From positions 124,001 through 188,000 of the IMG/VR virus record IMGVR_UViG_3300029267_004162: a stretch of 64,000 nt of DNA. One strand, written 5' to 3'. The number at the start of each line of letters is the position of its first letter. The stretch's first letter is position 1. Positions 55,040 to 64,000 of the stretch are shown here, piece after piece. The notes beneath the pieces were generated by a model, which worked only from the letters and a program-made list of their open reading frames with translations, did not search any database and was not told the origin of the DNA. A program made the translations under genes and the position numbers.

Positions 55040-56572
55040 TCAATCAAAATCCCTGATGTTTTTATTGGCCCAATCGATAGACCGCTTTTTCTTCCAAGTC
55101 CCCAGCCTTTTAGTGACTGCACCGACCTCACTATCAATATCCGAATAAGTGGTGTCTATTGTTACAGGGATGCTGAGATTCTTAAACGCTTTTTTAACGG
55201 TGTTAACACAACCGTAGATTACATTAGGTCCAGAATCTGCCAAATACACCACTACGGGGGTTTGCTTGCCTGGTACCCGGCGTTCAACTCGACCGGTCCA
55301 TTGTTCAATGTTAGCTGGATTAGCACTCGGAATGGTAATACACAACAGCGATAAAGCGGGGAGATTGAACCCCTTTCCAAACAGTTTCTCAGTAGCTACT
55401 AAACAGGTGAGTTCCCCACTAGTGATTCTCTGCTTGAAATCGTCTATCTGCCACTTGTTATCACCATTCAAACTCTCTGCCCGAATCTTGTATTTCTTTC
55501 GCATCAATTCAGCTAAATCACGGCAATGAGCTTTTCTGCTGACCAAAACAATTACTTTATGACCGGCCAGTATTGCTTTCTTGACTTCTTTAGCGATAAC
55601 GTTGTTACGAGATTCATCCACCATCAAGTAATTCAAGATGTTGTTGAAATTCCGCATGTTGGCACTGAGTTTACATCCAGTGTAAACTATACGGGCTATC
55701 GTACCAACATTGCGTTCTGCTTCGTGGCGAACCGGACCAATTAGATCATCGAATAAGAAATGCAACCCATCTTTTCTGTATGGGGTAGCAGTCATGCCGG
55801 CTCGAACAAGGGGGTTCAAACTGGTAGCAGCACGAGAGAAATATTTAGCACCAACAACATGAACCTCATCAAATATCGCCACCCCGAATTGGTTTTTTAT
55901 CATTCTCAGGTACTTAGGGTTGGCGAAGAAATACTGGTAAGGTGCGTAACTGATAGGACAAACATTATCGCCCAGTCTCTTGTTCACTGGACCCAGGAGT
56001 CTGCGACCTAAAGCATCTTCCAATTCGTCTATGTTGGTGAACGCCCGAAATTCCTTCTCGAATTGGTCTAATAGATTAGTTTGATCAGCAATGAACACTG
56101 CCCTTTGACCTTGAGCAACTATATAAGCTACGGCAACCACCGTTTTACCAAACGCAGGCGGAGCCTTTAAGATACCACCCAAATTGGGGTCTAACCAGTC
56201 TCGCAGAGCTTCAGTTTGGCCCTCCCTGTATGAAAATTTTGCCCCTTCTTCCCCACCACGCATACGAAGATGAAAACCTAAAGGCACATTGGCCCGTTCA
56301 TCTTTTATGCGAAAATCATCCCCAAAAAGATGCTCGATCTTTTCCAAGTCCCCTCGATTAAAGCCGTACCAGTCCCCATCAGGCGAAATTTGGTAAGTTT
56401 GGATTAGTTGAAAATCATACCCCAAATCATCGCCGAATGCCTTGGTCGGATCGTAGTCCTTAAACTCGTAGGGGTATTCAAAGGGCTTTGTGTGTTCCGG
56501 TTTTACGTGTTTGGCGGGAACAAAAAGCCTATTTCGGAGAATTGCTTGCGGTCGGGCCATGGTCCAGCTCAA
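55040..56572 (-). CDS. superfamily 2 DNA helicase
   Basis: PPAFGKT, DEVH, MTATPYR, GKGFNLP, QWTGRVER. Confidence 0.92.
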   Translation of the reverse strand: MSWTMARPQAILRNRLFVPAKHVKPEHTKPFEYPYEFKDYDPTKAFGDDLGYDFQLIQTYQISPDGDWYGFNRGDLEKIEHLFGDDFRIKDERANVPLGFHLRMRGGEEGAKFSYREGQTEALRDWLDPNLGGILKAPPAFGKTVVAVAYIVAQGQRAVFIADQTNLLDQFEKEFRAFTNIDELEDALGRRLLGPVNKRLGDNVCPISYAPYQYFFANPKYLRMIKNQFGVAIFDEVHVVGAKYFSRAATSLNPLVRAGMTATPYRKDGLHFLFDDLIGPVRHEAERNVGTIARIVYTGCKLSANMRNFNNILNYLMVDESRNNVIAKEVKKAILAGHKVIVLVSRKAHCRDLAELMRKKYKIRAESLNGDNKWQIDDFKQRITSGELTCLVATEKLFGKGFNLPALSLLCITIPSANPANIEQWTGRVERRVPGKQTPVVVYLADSGPNVIYGCVNTVKKAFKNLSIPVTIDTTYSDIDSEVGAVTKRLGTWKKKRSIDWANKNIRDFD

Positions 56573-56966
56573 TGAAATAAGGAAGTTCTCTCAAACCTTT
56601 CTCTTGAATTAACGAATATAGTTTGTGAGAAGCCCCTTTCATCACAGAACTGGCTACCACGGCTGTGAAAATGGGTTTACTCTGAGGCGTCATCCGCACC
56701 CTGGAATATGTCTTCTGAATAGTCAGGGTAAGTTTGACTGCTTCGCCCATTATTTCTAACTGAACCCGCTCCCCCACTTCAAATTGAGTAGAAGTTTCCC
56801 TGAGCCATAAAATTAGGGGATCGGCAAAGGGGGATTTCTCTGGAATGCGCAAAGCTTCAACGAGTAGGGAGAAGTCCGACTTCTTGAAAAGTTCTACAGA
56901 CCTGTTCCCTCCAGTGTTTTTTATGTGAACAACAACACCATCAAGAATAATCATCGGAATACCCAC
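56529..56966 (-). CDS. hypothetical protein
   Basis: ORF; likely start MIILDG overlapping the upstream stop. Confidence 0.5.
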   Translation of the reverse strand: MGIPMIILDGVVVHIKNTGGNRSVELFKKSDFSLLVEALRIPEKSPFADPLILWLRETSTQFEVGERVQLEIMGEAVKLTLTIQKTYSRVRMTPQSKPIFTAVVASSVMKGASHKLYSLIQEKGLRELPYFIELDHGPTASNSPK

Positions 56967-57115
56967 AAAGCGAATGCCAGCATACTAAATAATAAGGGCA
57001 CAAGTAAGGTTGGCCTGTTGCTAAACCTTATACGCCATATGAACGCTGGTAAGTTCATCAAGATAGCGCACACCAGAATCGCTATAATCATTGCTTGTAG
57101 CATCAATGGCTGCAT
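56951..57115 (-). CDS. 54-aa two-TM membrane microprotein (not in ORF track)
   Basis: MQPLMLQAMIIAILVCAILMNLPAFIWRIRFSNRPTLLVPLLFSMLAFALWVFR; GAGG RBS. Confidence 0.55.
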   Translation of the reverse strand: MQPLMLQAMIIAILVCAILMNLPAFIWRIRFSNRPTLLVPLLFSMLAFALWVFR

Positions 57116-57126
57116 TTCTTTCCTCG

Positions 57127-57945
57127 CTAATTTGATTGCTCCGGAGAATCTGGGGGAGATTCAGGCCCGTTCCGAAGTCCAATCTCAACGCTCTTCTTGA
57201 CCGATTCAACGAAGGAAGAATAGCGTTGCATCATTTCTTCATCGAACGTCCCAGAATTGGCCAAGAATTCCTTACATACACGACGACACAAAACCTGTGT
57301 AACAATGCCAATTACCGCACTGGTTATTTCCCAAGGGCAATCTGATACCGTAAGAGAGTATGCTTTCCATAAATCCTGATCTGGATCACTAGGTCTAGAC
57401 CGGACAGCGCAGATGGTAACCATGTCTAAGTTAAGAATAGTCCCGATGAGGTTGATCAATTGCCCCAATTTTCCTCCACTAGGACCAACGGTCAATTTTT
57501 GAGCGAGTTCTCGAGTGAAAGCATCGCTAAATCCCCCAGAAAGATTCTCCTCATCTATGTCGTCCCCCACAGTGGAAAGCCCCACCCGCTCACTGAGAAC
57601 AACTTCCCTACGTCGCTCCCAAATCAAGTCGTTACACGCCGAATCAAGATCCTTGATCACCTTTTGGCATTTTTGCTTGAAACTTTTGTCGAATTTGGCC
57701 CTCTCCTGTTCAGACAAACTAGAGAGTTTTCTCCCCTTGAATGAACCGTCTAAAACTTCTAGCTTAACCGCCTCCCGAACAGATTTTTTAGCTCGTGAAT
57801 GCGTGGTTTTGAGGTCATATTCTATAGCGGTTAGAGCCAATAAAACTTCCGGAGGTAACAAATTAATGCACCTCTTCCACTCAGTTTTACTTTTATGTTC
57901 AAGGGCGTGAAGAACCGGCTTATCCCTGTTGTTACTTGCCATCAA
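57127..57945 (-). CDS. hypothetical protein
   Basis: 272-aa packed ORF. Confidence 0.6.
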   Translation of the reverse strand: MMASNNRDKPVLHALEHKSKTEWKRCINLLPPEVLLALTAIEYDLKTTHSRAKKSVREAVKLEVLDGSFKGRKLSSLSEQERAKFDKSFKQKCQKVIKDLDSACNDLIWERRREVVLSERVGLSTVGDDIDEENLSGGFSDAFTRELAQKLTVGPSGGKLGQLINLIGTILNLDMVTICAVRSRPSDPDQDLWKAYSLTVSDCPWEITSAVIGIVTQVLCRRVCKEFLANSGTFDEEMMQRYSSFVESVKKSVEIGLRNGPESPPDSPEQSN

Positions 57946-58610
57946 ACCCTCTCCTGAGCAAGACGATAGATGGCGTCATAGTCAAACTTGGAAACCAAAT
58001 CTCTATTGACTAATTTCAGAATGATTCTGATTATATCCGGAGTCAAATCATCTAAGTAACGGTGTTGGAGATAATACGAAGGATCAAATGGCTTTCTGGT
58101 CTCCTGACTACCTTTATTCATTATCTTTTGGGCCAGGACAAACGCTTTGGTGGTAGTTCGGGTGAGTTGAAGTTTCTTAGCTAATCGACTGAGAACCCGA
58201 TGCGAAGACCCGAGGAGGGCTTCATATCGAACAAACCCACAATTAGCTTTGTGGGCTTCAAAGTATTGCAGATAGTGGGCGTTCCTTTGGTTCCACATCT
58301 GCATAGCCTCTGTCAGAGATGCCCCCTGTCGATACGCACGAAAGCTACGGTACCAAGCAAAGGGGTTTTTCACGCAAAAACACCACTTCAGTTCCCCCTG
58401 CTGATAAGCAGCTTGAAGAGCGGGTACTTTCCCTCTCAGTTTGGGGACAGTTGCCAGTTGAGTCCAATCGGGGTCATTGGTGTTTATCGAGCCGTGTTTC
58501 CACCCCATCTCATTAACCAGTACGGTCACATCAAAATTAGCGGCTAAGATCCACTCCATCCAATTGGTGTGAGTCCGTTGAAGGCCATACATTTTTATAA
58601 ATCGCATCAT
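57942..58610 (-). CDS. sulfotransferase-like protein
   Basis: YGLQRTHTN (5'-PSB-like loop), GWKHG, VKNPFAWYRS (3'-PB-like), VRYEALL. Confidence 0.7.
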   Translation of the reverse strand: MMRFIKMYGLQRTHTNWMEWILAANFDVTVLVNEMGWKHGSINTNDPDWTQLATVPKLRGKVPALQAAYQQGELKWCFCVKNPFAWYRSFRAYRQGASLTEAMQMWNQRNAHYLQYFEAHKANCGFVRYEALLGSSHRVLSRLAKKLQLTRTTTKAFVLAQKIMNKGSQETRKPFDPSYYLQHRYLDDLTPDIIRIILKLVNRDLVSKFDYDAIYRLAQERV

Positions 58611-59047
58611 TCATGACTCTCCCAATAAGCAAGAGGATTAAGATGGTCGGGGAAGTGTGATATCAACCACCCAATAGCTGTTTTACGGACTTCCCGTTCT
58701 ACTTCAGGAAAATCAGGCAGATAACAATCCACCTTATCGGTTTGATACAATGAGGTGTTCCCACCTCTTGTATCATATACTACGGCCCGAACTTGTTTAG
58801 CAGATTGTTGATCCAGACGGATGTCCAACGTTTCTACCTGGATAATATAACGGGTTTGTGGGAAGATCGCTTTCTTGGTGTACAGGATTCGAACATTTCT
58901 ATCCATATCCAATACAACGCGCCAATGCTTCACACCTCGTTCAGTATCCACCCACCCTTTAGGCGGGGTGTTCCCGTCAAACCCCATTTTGTCTAACACG
59001 TCTCGTATGGCTTCAAGTAGAGGCGGGAAATCACACTCGGTAGTCAT
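58607..59047 (-). CDS. hypothetical protein
   Basis: Likely start MTTECDF. Confidence 0.5.
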   Translation of the reverse strand: MTTECDFPPLLEAIRDVLDKMGFDGNTPPKGWVDTERGVKHWRVVLDMDRNVRILYTKKAIFPQTRYIIQVETLDIRLDQQSAKQVRAVVYDTRGGNTSLYQTDKVDCYLPDFPEVEREVRKTAIGWLISHFPDHLNPLAYWESHE

Positions 59048-59624
59048 AATGAAATATCCACTCCCAAATAAACTTGGACTTAACAGGAACCAGCAACACT
59101 GGCCTCCCTTTCTTGGTACTGATTCTGATCCCCTCCATTCCTTTGAATTCTTCAGGACCAAACAACATCCCTGTATTAGTCAACGGAATTTGAAATACAG
59201 TTTTTCCCTTGGGGGGCCGGGACAAGACAATGGAATCCAATAGCTGAATCTTAAACCGAGGCATTTGTTGTAAACACCACACACAAAATGCTCGGCATTC
59301 CCCCTTGAGAAAGTTAAAGACGGGGTTAACTAGAGCCTGGGAAGAAGACACTCTCTTAACAAAAACAGAGGAGAGTACCCTCCCGAATAAAAGGTATTCA
59401 TCCAGGGTAAGAACCAGGTCGTTTTTTCCGGGGCTCGATTTGGGCAAAAAAGGCAATTTGAAATACCCCGATTCTGACAGAGTTAGACGAAGCTGGATCG
59501 CCTCCTTGTCCAAAGCTATCCTGTGTATTCTGCATTCAAAATCCCCCACCACCCCCTGGAGAAGATCCGTCCAAGTCTTAGTAGACACTGAATGAGGGTC
59601 AACTCGTAATTTACCAAATTTCAT
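59031..59624 (-). CDS. hypothetical protein
   Basis: ATGA overlap with sbcC. Confidence 0.55.
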   Translation of the reverse strand: MKFGKLRVDPHSVSTKTWTDLLQGVVGDFECRIHRIALDKEAIQLRLTLSESGYFKLPFLPKSSPGKNDLVLTLDEYLLFGRVLSSVFVKRVSSSQALVNPVFNFLKGECRAFCVWCLQQMPRFKIQLLDSIVLSRPPKGKTVFQIPLTNTGMLFGPEEFKGMEGIRISTKKGRPVLLVPVKSKFIWEWIFHYDYRV

Positions 59625-61984
59625 CCAACCACCGTCTCCAAAGAGCTAGACCCCTTTTTCTTATTAACTCTGATAACCCTATTCCAACAGTCCCGAGTCT
59701 GAACCCCCTCTGAATGGGTAATAACCCAAATAGCGGTCTCGGGGTTTTGAGACCGGTGGTCTTCTAAAGCATCGATGATTCGATGACGGTTGTCCTCAGT
59801 ACAATGCTGGTCAAACTCATCGAGGACCAGTAAATTAGACTGCTTGTGGTGAGGGGTGTAATCCCGAAGCGAGAGCATGGCTGCTATGGCTACCTTTCTT
59901 CTCTCGCCTCCACTAAGGCTAGCCATGGTAGCTTCATACCCCTGACTGCTTTCACAATCTAAGTATATCTCTTCCTCTGAACTAGCGATTCGACAACGAA
60001 ATCCATTGCGGTATTCTGGAAATAGAATACTGATGTATCGTTCAAACCGTTCATTCAACTGCTTGACTATCCCCCCGATGCGAAGTGAAAAGCCTTTAGG
60101 ACCAAACAAGTAAGAGAGGATTTCATAAGTCGAAATCTTCTCCCTTTTAGCATCAAGTCCCTGCCTTCGTTTTTTCAAATCTCGGACAAGCTTGTTCAAT
60201 TCCTTGACCCGAGCGATTTTCTGTTTTAGACGAGCCCGCTCTTCTAAGATAGAATCTATCACAGCCTGGAGAGCTTTCGTGTCCTCGCTAGATACCTCTG
60301 TTACCTTTCCCATTTCCTTTAGTTGTGACTTGAGATCTGCGATTCGTTTTTGAGTGGCTATTTTAGTCGTTTCATAATCGACCCACAATCCATTCTGTTC
60401 TCTAGCCTTAGCGAGTTTTCCCTTCAGTTTAGCAATTTGATCAGATACATCTTCTGGACATCCGTCTTCGACTTCCCCTATATCCCCTAAGGATTCTTGA
60501 AGTTCGGTGATTCGTCCAAAGGTCCGCTGTAACTTCTCAAGCCGTCTAATCTTCTTCTGTAGAAGCTTAACCCGTTCTTCAGCTTCAATCAGTCCAGTGA
60601 AAAAAGTGGAAAGAGAAGTCGTCGGTAACTTCCCGAACAACTTGTCCACGACTGCGTTTGTTTCTTGGTTACCAACTTCATTCTTTATCCGTTGACAATC
60701 AGTCTTACACTGCGATATGGCCGCATCCAAAGTTTCTACTGTTTGATCATCATGAATGTCCTGGCCACACTCTGAACACTTCCCGGCCTCGACAAGTTTT
60801 CTTCGGTGGGAAAGCTCTTTCCCCTCGACCTTCAGATTAGCTACCTGGGTTTTCAACTGATCCAGATGTTCCTGTCCAGAGAATTTGAATTCAGAAGCAT
60901 CCCTCTCCCCGATCAATTCTTTCAATTCATGTGCGATCCCCAGGGATCGGTTAAGCTCCAGATAAAGTCCTGCGTTTTTCTTGAGCTTTTTGGTAAGACG
61001 AACTATCTCTGGTCCCAGCGCTTCTGGCTCATCTACGTCTTGAACTTTCTCTTCCAACGTCCCCAATTCTTCCGTTATACGTGACCTTCTCTTTAACAGA
61101 GGCAGAGCCGATTCCAACCCCGAGATCGAGTCGACCCAATCAGTTATCATTGCTTGGGGAGTTTTTTTGGCGGAAGGTTTAGTGGTGGTGTCTTCTAAGG
61201 CAGTCTCTGCTTTGTCAATGGACGCCCGCAGTTTAGAAAACTCCTTGAATCGAGTAGCCTGGACCTCTTTGTGCTTCTTCTCTTCCCTCTTAGCGAGCAA
61301 CTCAACAGCTACCGATTCTAACTTCTCGACAGTTTCATCGAGATCAATCTCTTTCCTTTCTTCCTCGGCCTGTTCAAACCTACCCTGAATATTTGATTCG
61401 GATTCGGTCAAATCATTCTGTAGTTGTTTGAGTTGATCCTTGGTCTCTCTGAGATAATCCCCGAATCTCAGAGAATAAATCTGGCTGAGCAAATCCCGAC
61501 GACTTTTCCCGCCACGAGTGTTATCGAGGAAGGGGTGAGCATAACCCTGCATGAGATAACACAAGCAAGTCCATTCGTGGGGAGTCATACCCAGTATTTG
61601 CTGGGGTAGTGTTTGAGTCGTATTCAAATCAGAACTGAGATCTTCCCCAGCTAAAACCACCCGCATTCCGTTCCCCGATTTGGGAACGCCCCGCCACTGT
61701 TCGATTTGGAGGTCTTTACCGCCTATACTAACGCACAGAGACCCCCTGTACCCAGAGTCACTGGACCAACGAATGATAGAATCTTTTTTAATAGTCTTGC
61801 CAGTGTTCCCGAATAGGATGTGATTGACTATCTCAAAAATGTTGCTCTTTCCAGACCCATTGCTTTGACCATCCTCGGAGTTATGCCCCAGAATCAAATT
61901 CAGACCGGGGGTACCTAGGTCAATCTTCAGGTGTTGGAAAGTAGTCGCATTTTTGGCTTCTAAAAGACCAAATTGAATGTGCAT
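59621..61984 (-). CDS. sbcC: SbcC/Rad50-like SMC ATPase
   Basis: NGSGKS, coiled coils, CSEC Zn hook, LSGGE, LVLDE, ITH. Confidence 0.92.
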   Translation of the reverse strand: MHIQFGLLEAKNATTFQHLKIDLGTPGLNLILGHNSEDGQSNGSGKSNIFEIVNHILFGNTGKTIKKDSIIRWSSDSGYRGSLCVSIGGKDLQIEQWRGVPKSGNGMRVVLAGEDLSSDLNTTQTLPQQILGMTPHEWTCLCYLMQGYAHPFLDNTRGGKSRRDLLSQIYSLRFGDYLRETKDQLKQLQNDLTESESNIQGRFEQAEEERKEIDLDETVEKLESVAVELLAKREEKKHKEVQATRFKEFSKLRASIDKAETALEDTTTKPSAKKTPQAMITDWVDSISGLESALPLLKRRSRITEELGTLEEKVQDVDEPEALGPEIVRLTKKLKKNAGLYLELNRSLGIAHELKELIGERDASEFKFSGQEHLDQLKTQVANLKVEGKELSHRRKLVEAGKCSECGQDIHDDQTVETLDAAISQCKTDCQRIKNEVGNQETNAVVDKLFGKLPTTSLSTFFTGLIEAEERVKLLQKKIRRLEKLQRTFGRITELQESLGDIGEVEDGCPEDVSDQIAKLKGKLAKAREQNGLWVDYETTKIATQKRIADLKSQLKEMGKVTEVSSEDTKALQAVIDSILEERARLKQKIARVKELNKLVRDLKKRRQGLDAKREKISTYEILSYLFGPKGFSLRIGGIVKQLNERFERYISILFPEYRNGFRCRIASSEEEIYLDCESSQGYEATMASLSGGERRKVAIAAMLSLRDYTPHHKQSNLLVLDEFDQHCTEDNRHRIIDALEDHRSQNPETAIWVITHSEGVQTRDCWNRVIRVNKKKGSSSLETVVG

Positions 61985-62093
61985 ATTTTCATCGGTTAAA
62001 AGAACCGGTGAAACGCTCTAAAAAGATCCTAATTCTGATTTCTTAATCTGGACAACCGCGTATCAAGTTCAGCAATTTCGCTTTAACAGGCGG

Positions 62094-62522
62094 TTATTCC
62101 AAAGTGGTAGGCCGATAAGAAGGATTACTAGAATAAGGCAATCGCGAAGGAACCGTGTGGAGTAGAGTTAAGGAAAAGAAAGGGTCCTTTTCCAAATCAG
62201 TATACTCATATACGTTGATACCGATTTGCCAAGCAACCAATACCTCAGTATTAGCGCCGGTTGACTCCCGCCAATTAGGAAGGATAATCACACACCCGCT
62301 CTGTCCATGACCCTCCGATTTGTTTAAATTCAAAACATGTTGTACATCTCGAAGCATGCATTCTCGTCTACCCCCTCCCAGAGCCTTGGTCATTTCAGCG
62401 GGGCACACAACTTTAAACCGGTTTTTACGCAGGATTTCCCTAACCCTTTTGAATTCAGGGAAATTGGCCTCGGGTAGTCCAGACATAGGACCAGCTAAAT
62501 ACACTCTTTTTTCGGGAACCAT
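62094..62522 (-). CDS. DUF4406 / nucleoside deoxyribosyltransferase-like protein
   Basis: VYLAGPMSG...NFPEF...CPAE...LPNWRESTGANTE. Confidence 0.8.
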   Translation of the reverse strand: MVPEKRVYLAGPMSGLPEANFPEFKRVREILRKNRFKVVCPAEMTKALGGGRRECMLRDVQHVLNLNKSEGHGQSGCVIILPNWRESTGANTEVLVAWQIGINVYEYTDLEKDPFFSLTLLHTVPSRLPYSSNPSYRPTTLE

Positions 62523-63247
62523 TACACTTGCCTCATTTTGTTACCAACCGTTATAGCGTTATCAAACCCCTCTGATTCTGCATCAGCGAAATCGGATTGA
62601 TATGCCCTTTCTTTAATAACCCCCGTCCAGTGCTCTCTGCTAAACCCTCTGGCGTTTTCCATTCGACGATCGATTAGTTCTTCGGGACTCGAAGCAGTGG
62701 CGAATAAAACCAGTGTAGTTCGGGCGTGTAGTTGTTGAGCGAGTTCCCGAAAACGAACTCGCGTACTCCTGAGGTGACACACTTTATCAACAATCACGTC
62801 TCGACCATTTAAGAGGGCGTTTTTAATGCAGTCCCATTCTATGGCCTTGTACAAAGGTTGGAATTTTCGCTGGTAATCAGTGTACACCCCACCGTGCAAC
62901 ATTGCAGTAATACAATCAATATCAATAACGACTGTATCTGGGTGGTCTTTCAGGTGTTCTTTTGCCCACTTGGTTTTCCCCACACCCGGTAGACCACACA
63001 AGACATGCAAAGTAGGTGGGTGTTCTTTTTCTGTGTGCACCTCTGTTGCCCTCTTAAGTTGAACTAAGGCTTGGTCTAAAACTGTGGCACGCTTTTGTTG
63101 ATCTTTATTCGCTTGAACACAAGAAGGTCCAGTGGTATTCCATCTGACATCACAACTACGGCGATAGGCCTCCAGTATCCGAACCGGGTACTCTTCATCT
63201 GGAGTAACATCTATAGTCATTGGAAAACTGATTTCAGGATTCATCAA
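62522..63247 (-). CDS. P-loop kinase (AAA_33 / polynucleotide-kinase-like) with N-terminal extension
   Basis: LCGLPGVGKTKWA, IDID, VIVD...R...R, EGFD. Confidence 0.8.
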   Translation of the reverse strand: MMNPEISFPMTIDVTPDEEYPVRILEAYRRSCDVRWNTTGPSCVQANKDQQKRATVLDQALVQLKRATEVHTEKEHPPTLHVLCGLPGVGKTKWAKEHLKDHPDTVVIDIDCITAMLHGGVYTDYQRKFQPLYKAIEWDCIKNALLNGRDVIVDKVCHLRSTRVRFRELAQQLHARTTLVLFATASSPEELIDRRMENARGFSREHWTGVIKERAYQSDFADAESEGFDNAITVGNKMRQV

Positions 63248-63818
63248 CTGCCTCCTCGGTTAATTCTGGCACCCATTTACGCAACCACGCCTCGGTAAAG
63301 GGGGCCAAATCTGAACCAGATAAAAGATCCCGATTAGTATAGACAGTATCGAACTCGATTATTGGTTTACTCAGTACCCTATCGATGTTCTGCTCGATCC
63401 AGGCCCACAACTCCACACGGTCTTTAGTAAGAACCTCTTGAAAACCATGAAAGTATACAGCTGTACGAACGTCTTCAATAGCTAGTGATAGGAAACATTC
63501 CTTTACTTCGATAGTAAAAACCCAACGATTTGACCAGCCCCACCAACGATTTGGTAGCCACAGGTAGACATCCCACCACCCAAATTTGTCTCGTGGTTTG
63601 TATTGCACACTGAAGAGAGGAAAGCTGGCTTTTCCTGCTCGATGACACCGACAAAGACGACGCAACCTCTGAGCCGTTAGTTTATGCCATTGTCGAGCGT
63701 GCTTGGCATCACGAAATCGAATTTTAGAATCTCGGTATTCATCCGCTGGAGTTCGCGAACAAACTCGATCCATTTGTTCTAAAACACTCCGCGTTTTATT
63801 CATATTATCTCCACCCAC
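63234..63818 (-). CDS. hypothetical protein
   Basis: Packed ORF. Confidence 0.5.
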   Translation of the reverse strand: MGGDNMNKTRSVLEQMDRVCSRTPADEYRDSKIRFRDAKHARQWHKLTAQRLRRLCRCHRAGKASFPLFSVQYKPRDKFGWWDVYLWLPNRWWGWSNRWVFTIEVKECFLSLAIEDVRTAVYFHGFQEVLTKDRVELWAWIEQNIDRVLSKPIIEFDTVYTNRDLLSGSDLAPFTEAWLRKWVPELTEEAVDES

Positions 63819-64000
63819 ACCGAGGACACTCGTGTTGAATTAGCCCTTCTCGCAGCCGTGACAATGTTCTACGTTTCTCAGGAACAGTGAACTGCTGAAT
63901 AGTTTGAACTCTAATGTTCCCTCGTTTAACGTAGTTCTCACTGATTTCGAGACCCACACCCCTCCGACCCACCAATTCACAAACAGCCAAAGTGGTGGCC
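63805..64000 (-). CDS. C-terminal end of an N4-C/N6-A DNA methyltransferase (starts outside the window)
   Basis: ATTLAVCELVGRRGVGLEISENY matches the (GSG)TT...GR..IGIE...Y tail; ends HECPRCG. Confidence 0.7.
   Translation of the reverse strand, partial: ATTLAVCELVGRRGVGLEISENYVKRGNIRVQTIQQFTVPEKRRTLSRLREGLIQHECPRCGWR

Noticed and set aside
1334-63298. Most + strand ORFs in the track (other than 32884-34601) and nested - strand ORFs
   Set aside because: They are antisense or alternate-frame shadows of well-supported genes, without recognisable motifs.
1-64000. Genome-wide stop-codon reassignment
   Set aside because: Long conserved genes are intact in the standard code, and TAG/TGA stops sit properly before the next gene's RBS or start.
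1-64000. Bacterial chromosome or integrated prophage
   Set aside because: Housekeeping-like genes are divergent, lack their normal operon partners, and are mixed with phage-type genes on one strand; no integrase or att boundary is seen.

Overview
This 64-kb window looks like an internal segment of a large (jumbo-type) dsDNA phage genome. It is gene-dense, almost entirely on the - strand, reads well in the standard code, and has no rRNA, integrase or CRISPR array. Left part (1-19 kb): glycan genes (WecB, a two-domain glycosyltransferase), dNMP kinase, probable virion proteins, a papain-like protease, phosphoesterases, and host-like genes (AcpP, a PAS histidine kinase, ThyX). Middle (19-34.6 kb): an apparent early region of small ORFs, Zn-ribbon proteins and acidic lipoproteins, with two tRNAs and LigA. 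It is driven by two copies of a ~150-bp cassette (long hairpin plus consensus sigma70 promoter). A divergent promoter drives the only + strand operon, which ends in a minimal ATP-dependent ligase-like gene. Right part (34.6-64 kb): a bacterial-type replisome (GyrB/ParE-like, HolA-, HolB- and DnaN-like, DnaB, 5'-3' exonuclease, RNase HII, SbcCD, SF2 helicase) interleaved with purine-remodelling genes. The key gene is an adenylosuccinate synthetase homologue with PurZ signature motifs (2-aminoadenine, 'Z-genome'). It is followed directly by an adenylate-kinase-like gene. FolE, a tandem pair of HPRT paralogues (one with an altered catalytic motif) and a DUF4406-like protein are also present, while DatZ, MazZ and DpoZ were not recognised in the window. 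All calls come from motif recognition by eye; no database searches were run. A Planctomycetota-like host is only a weak inference.
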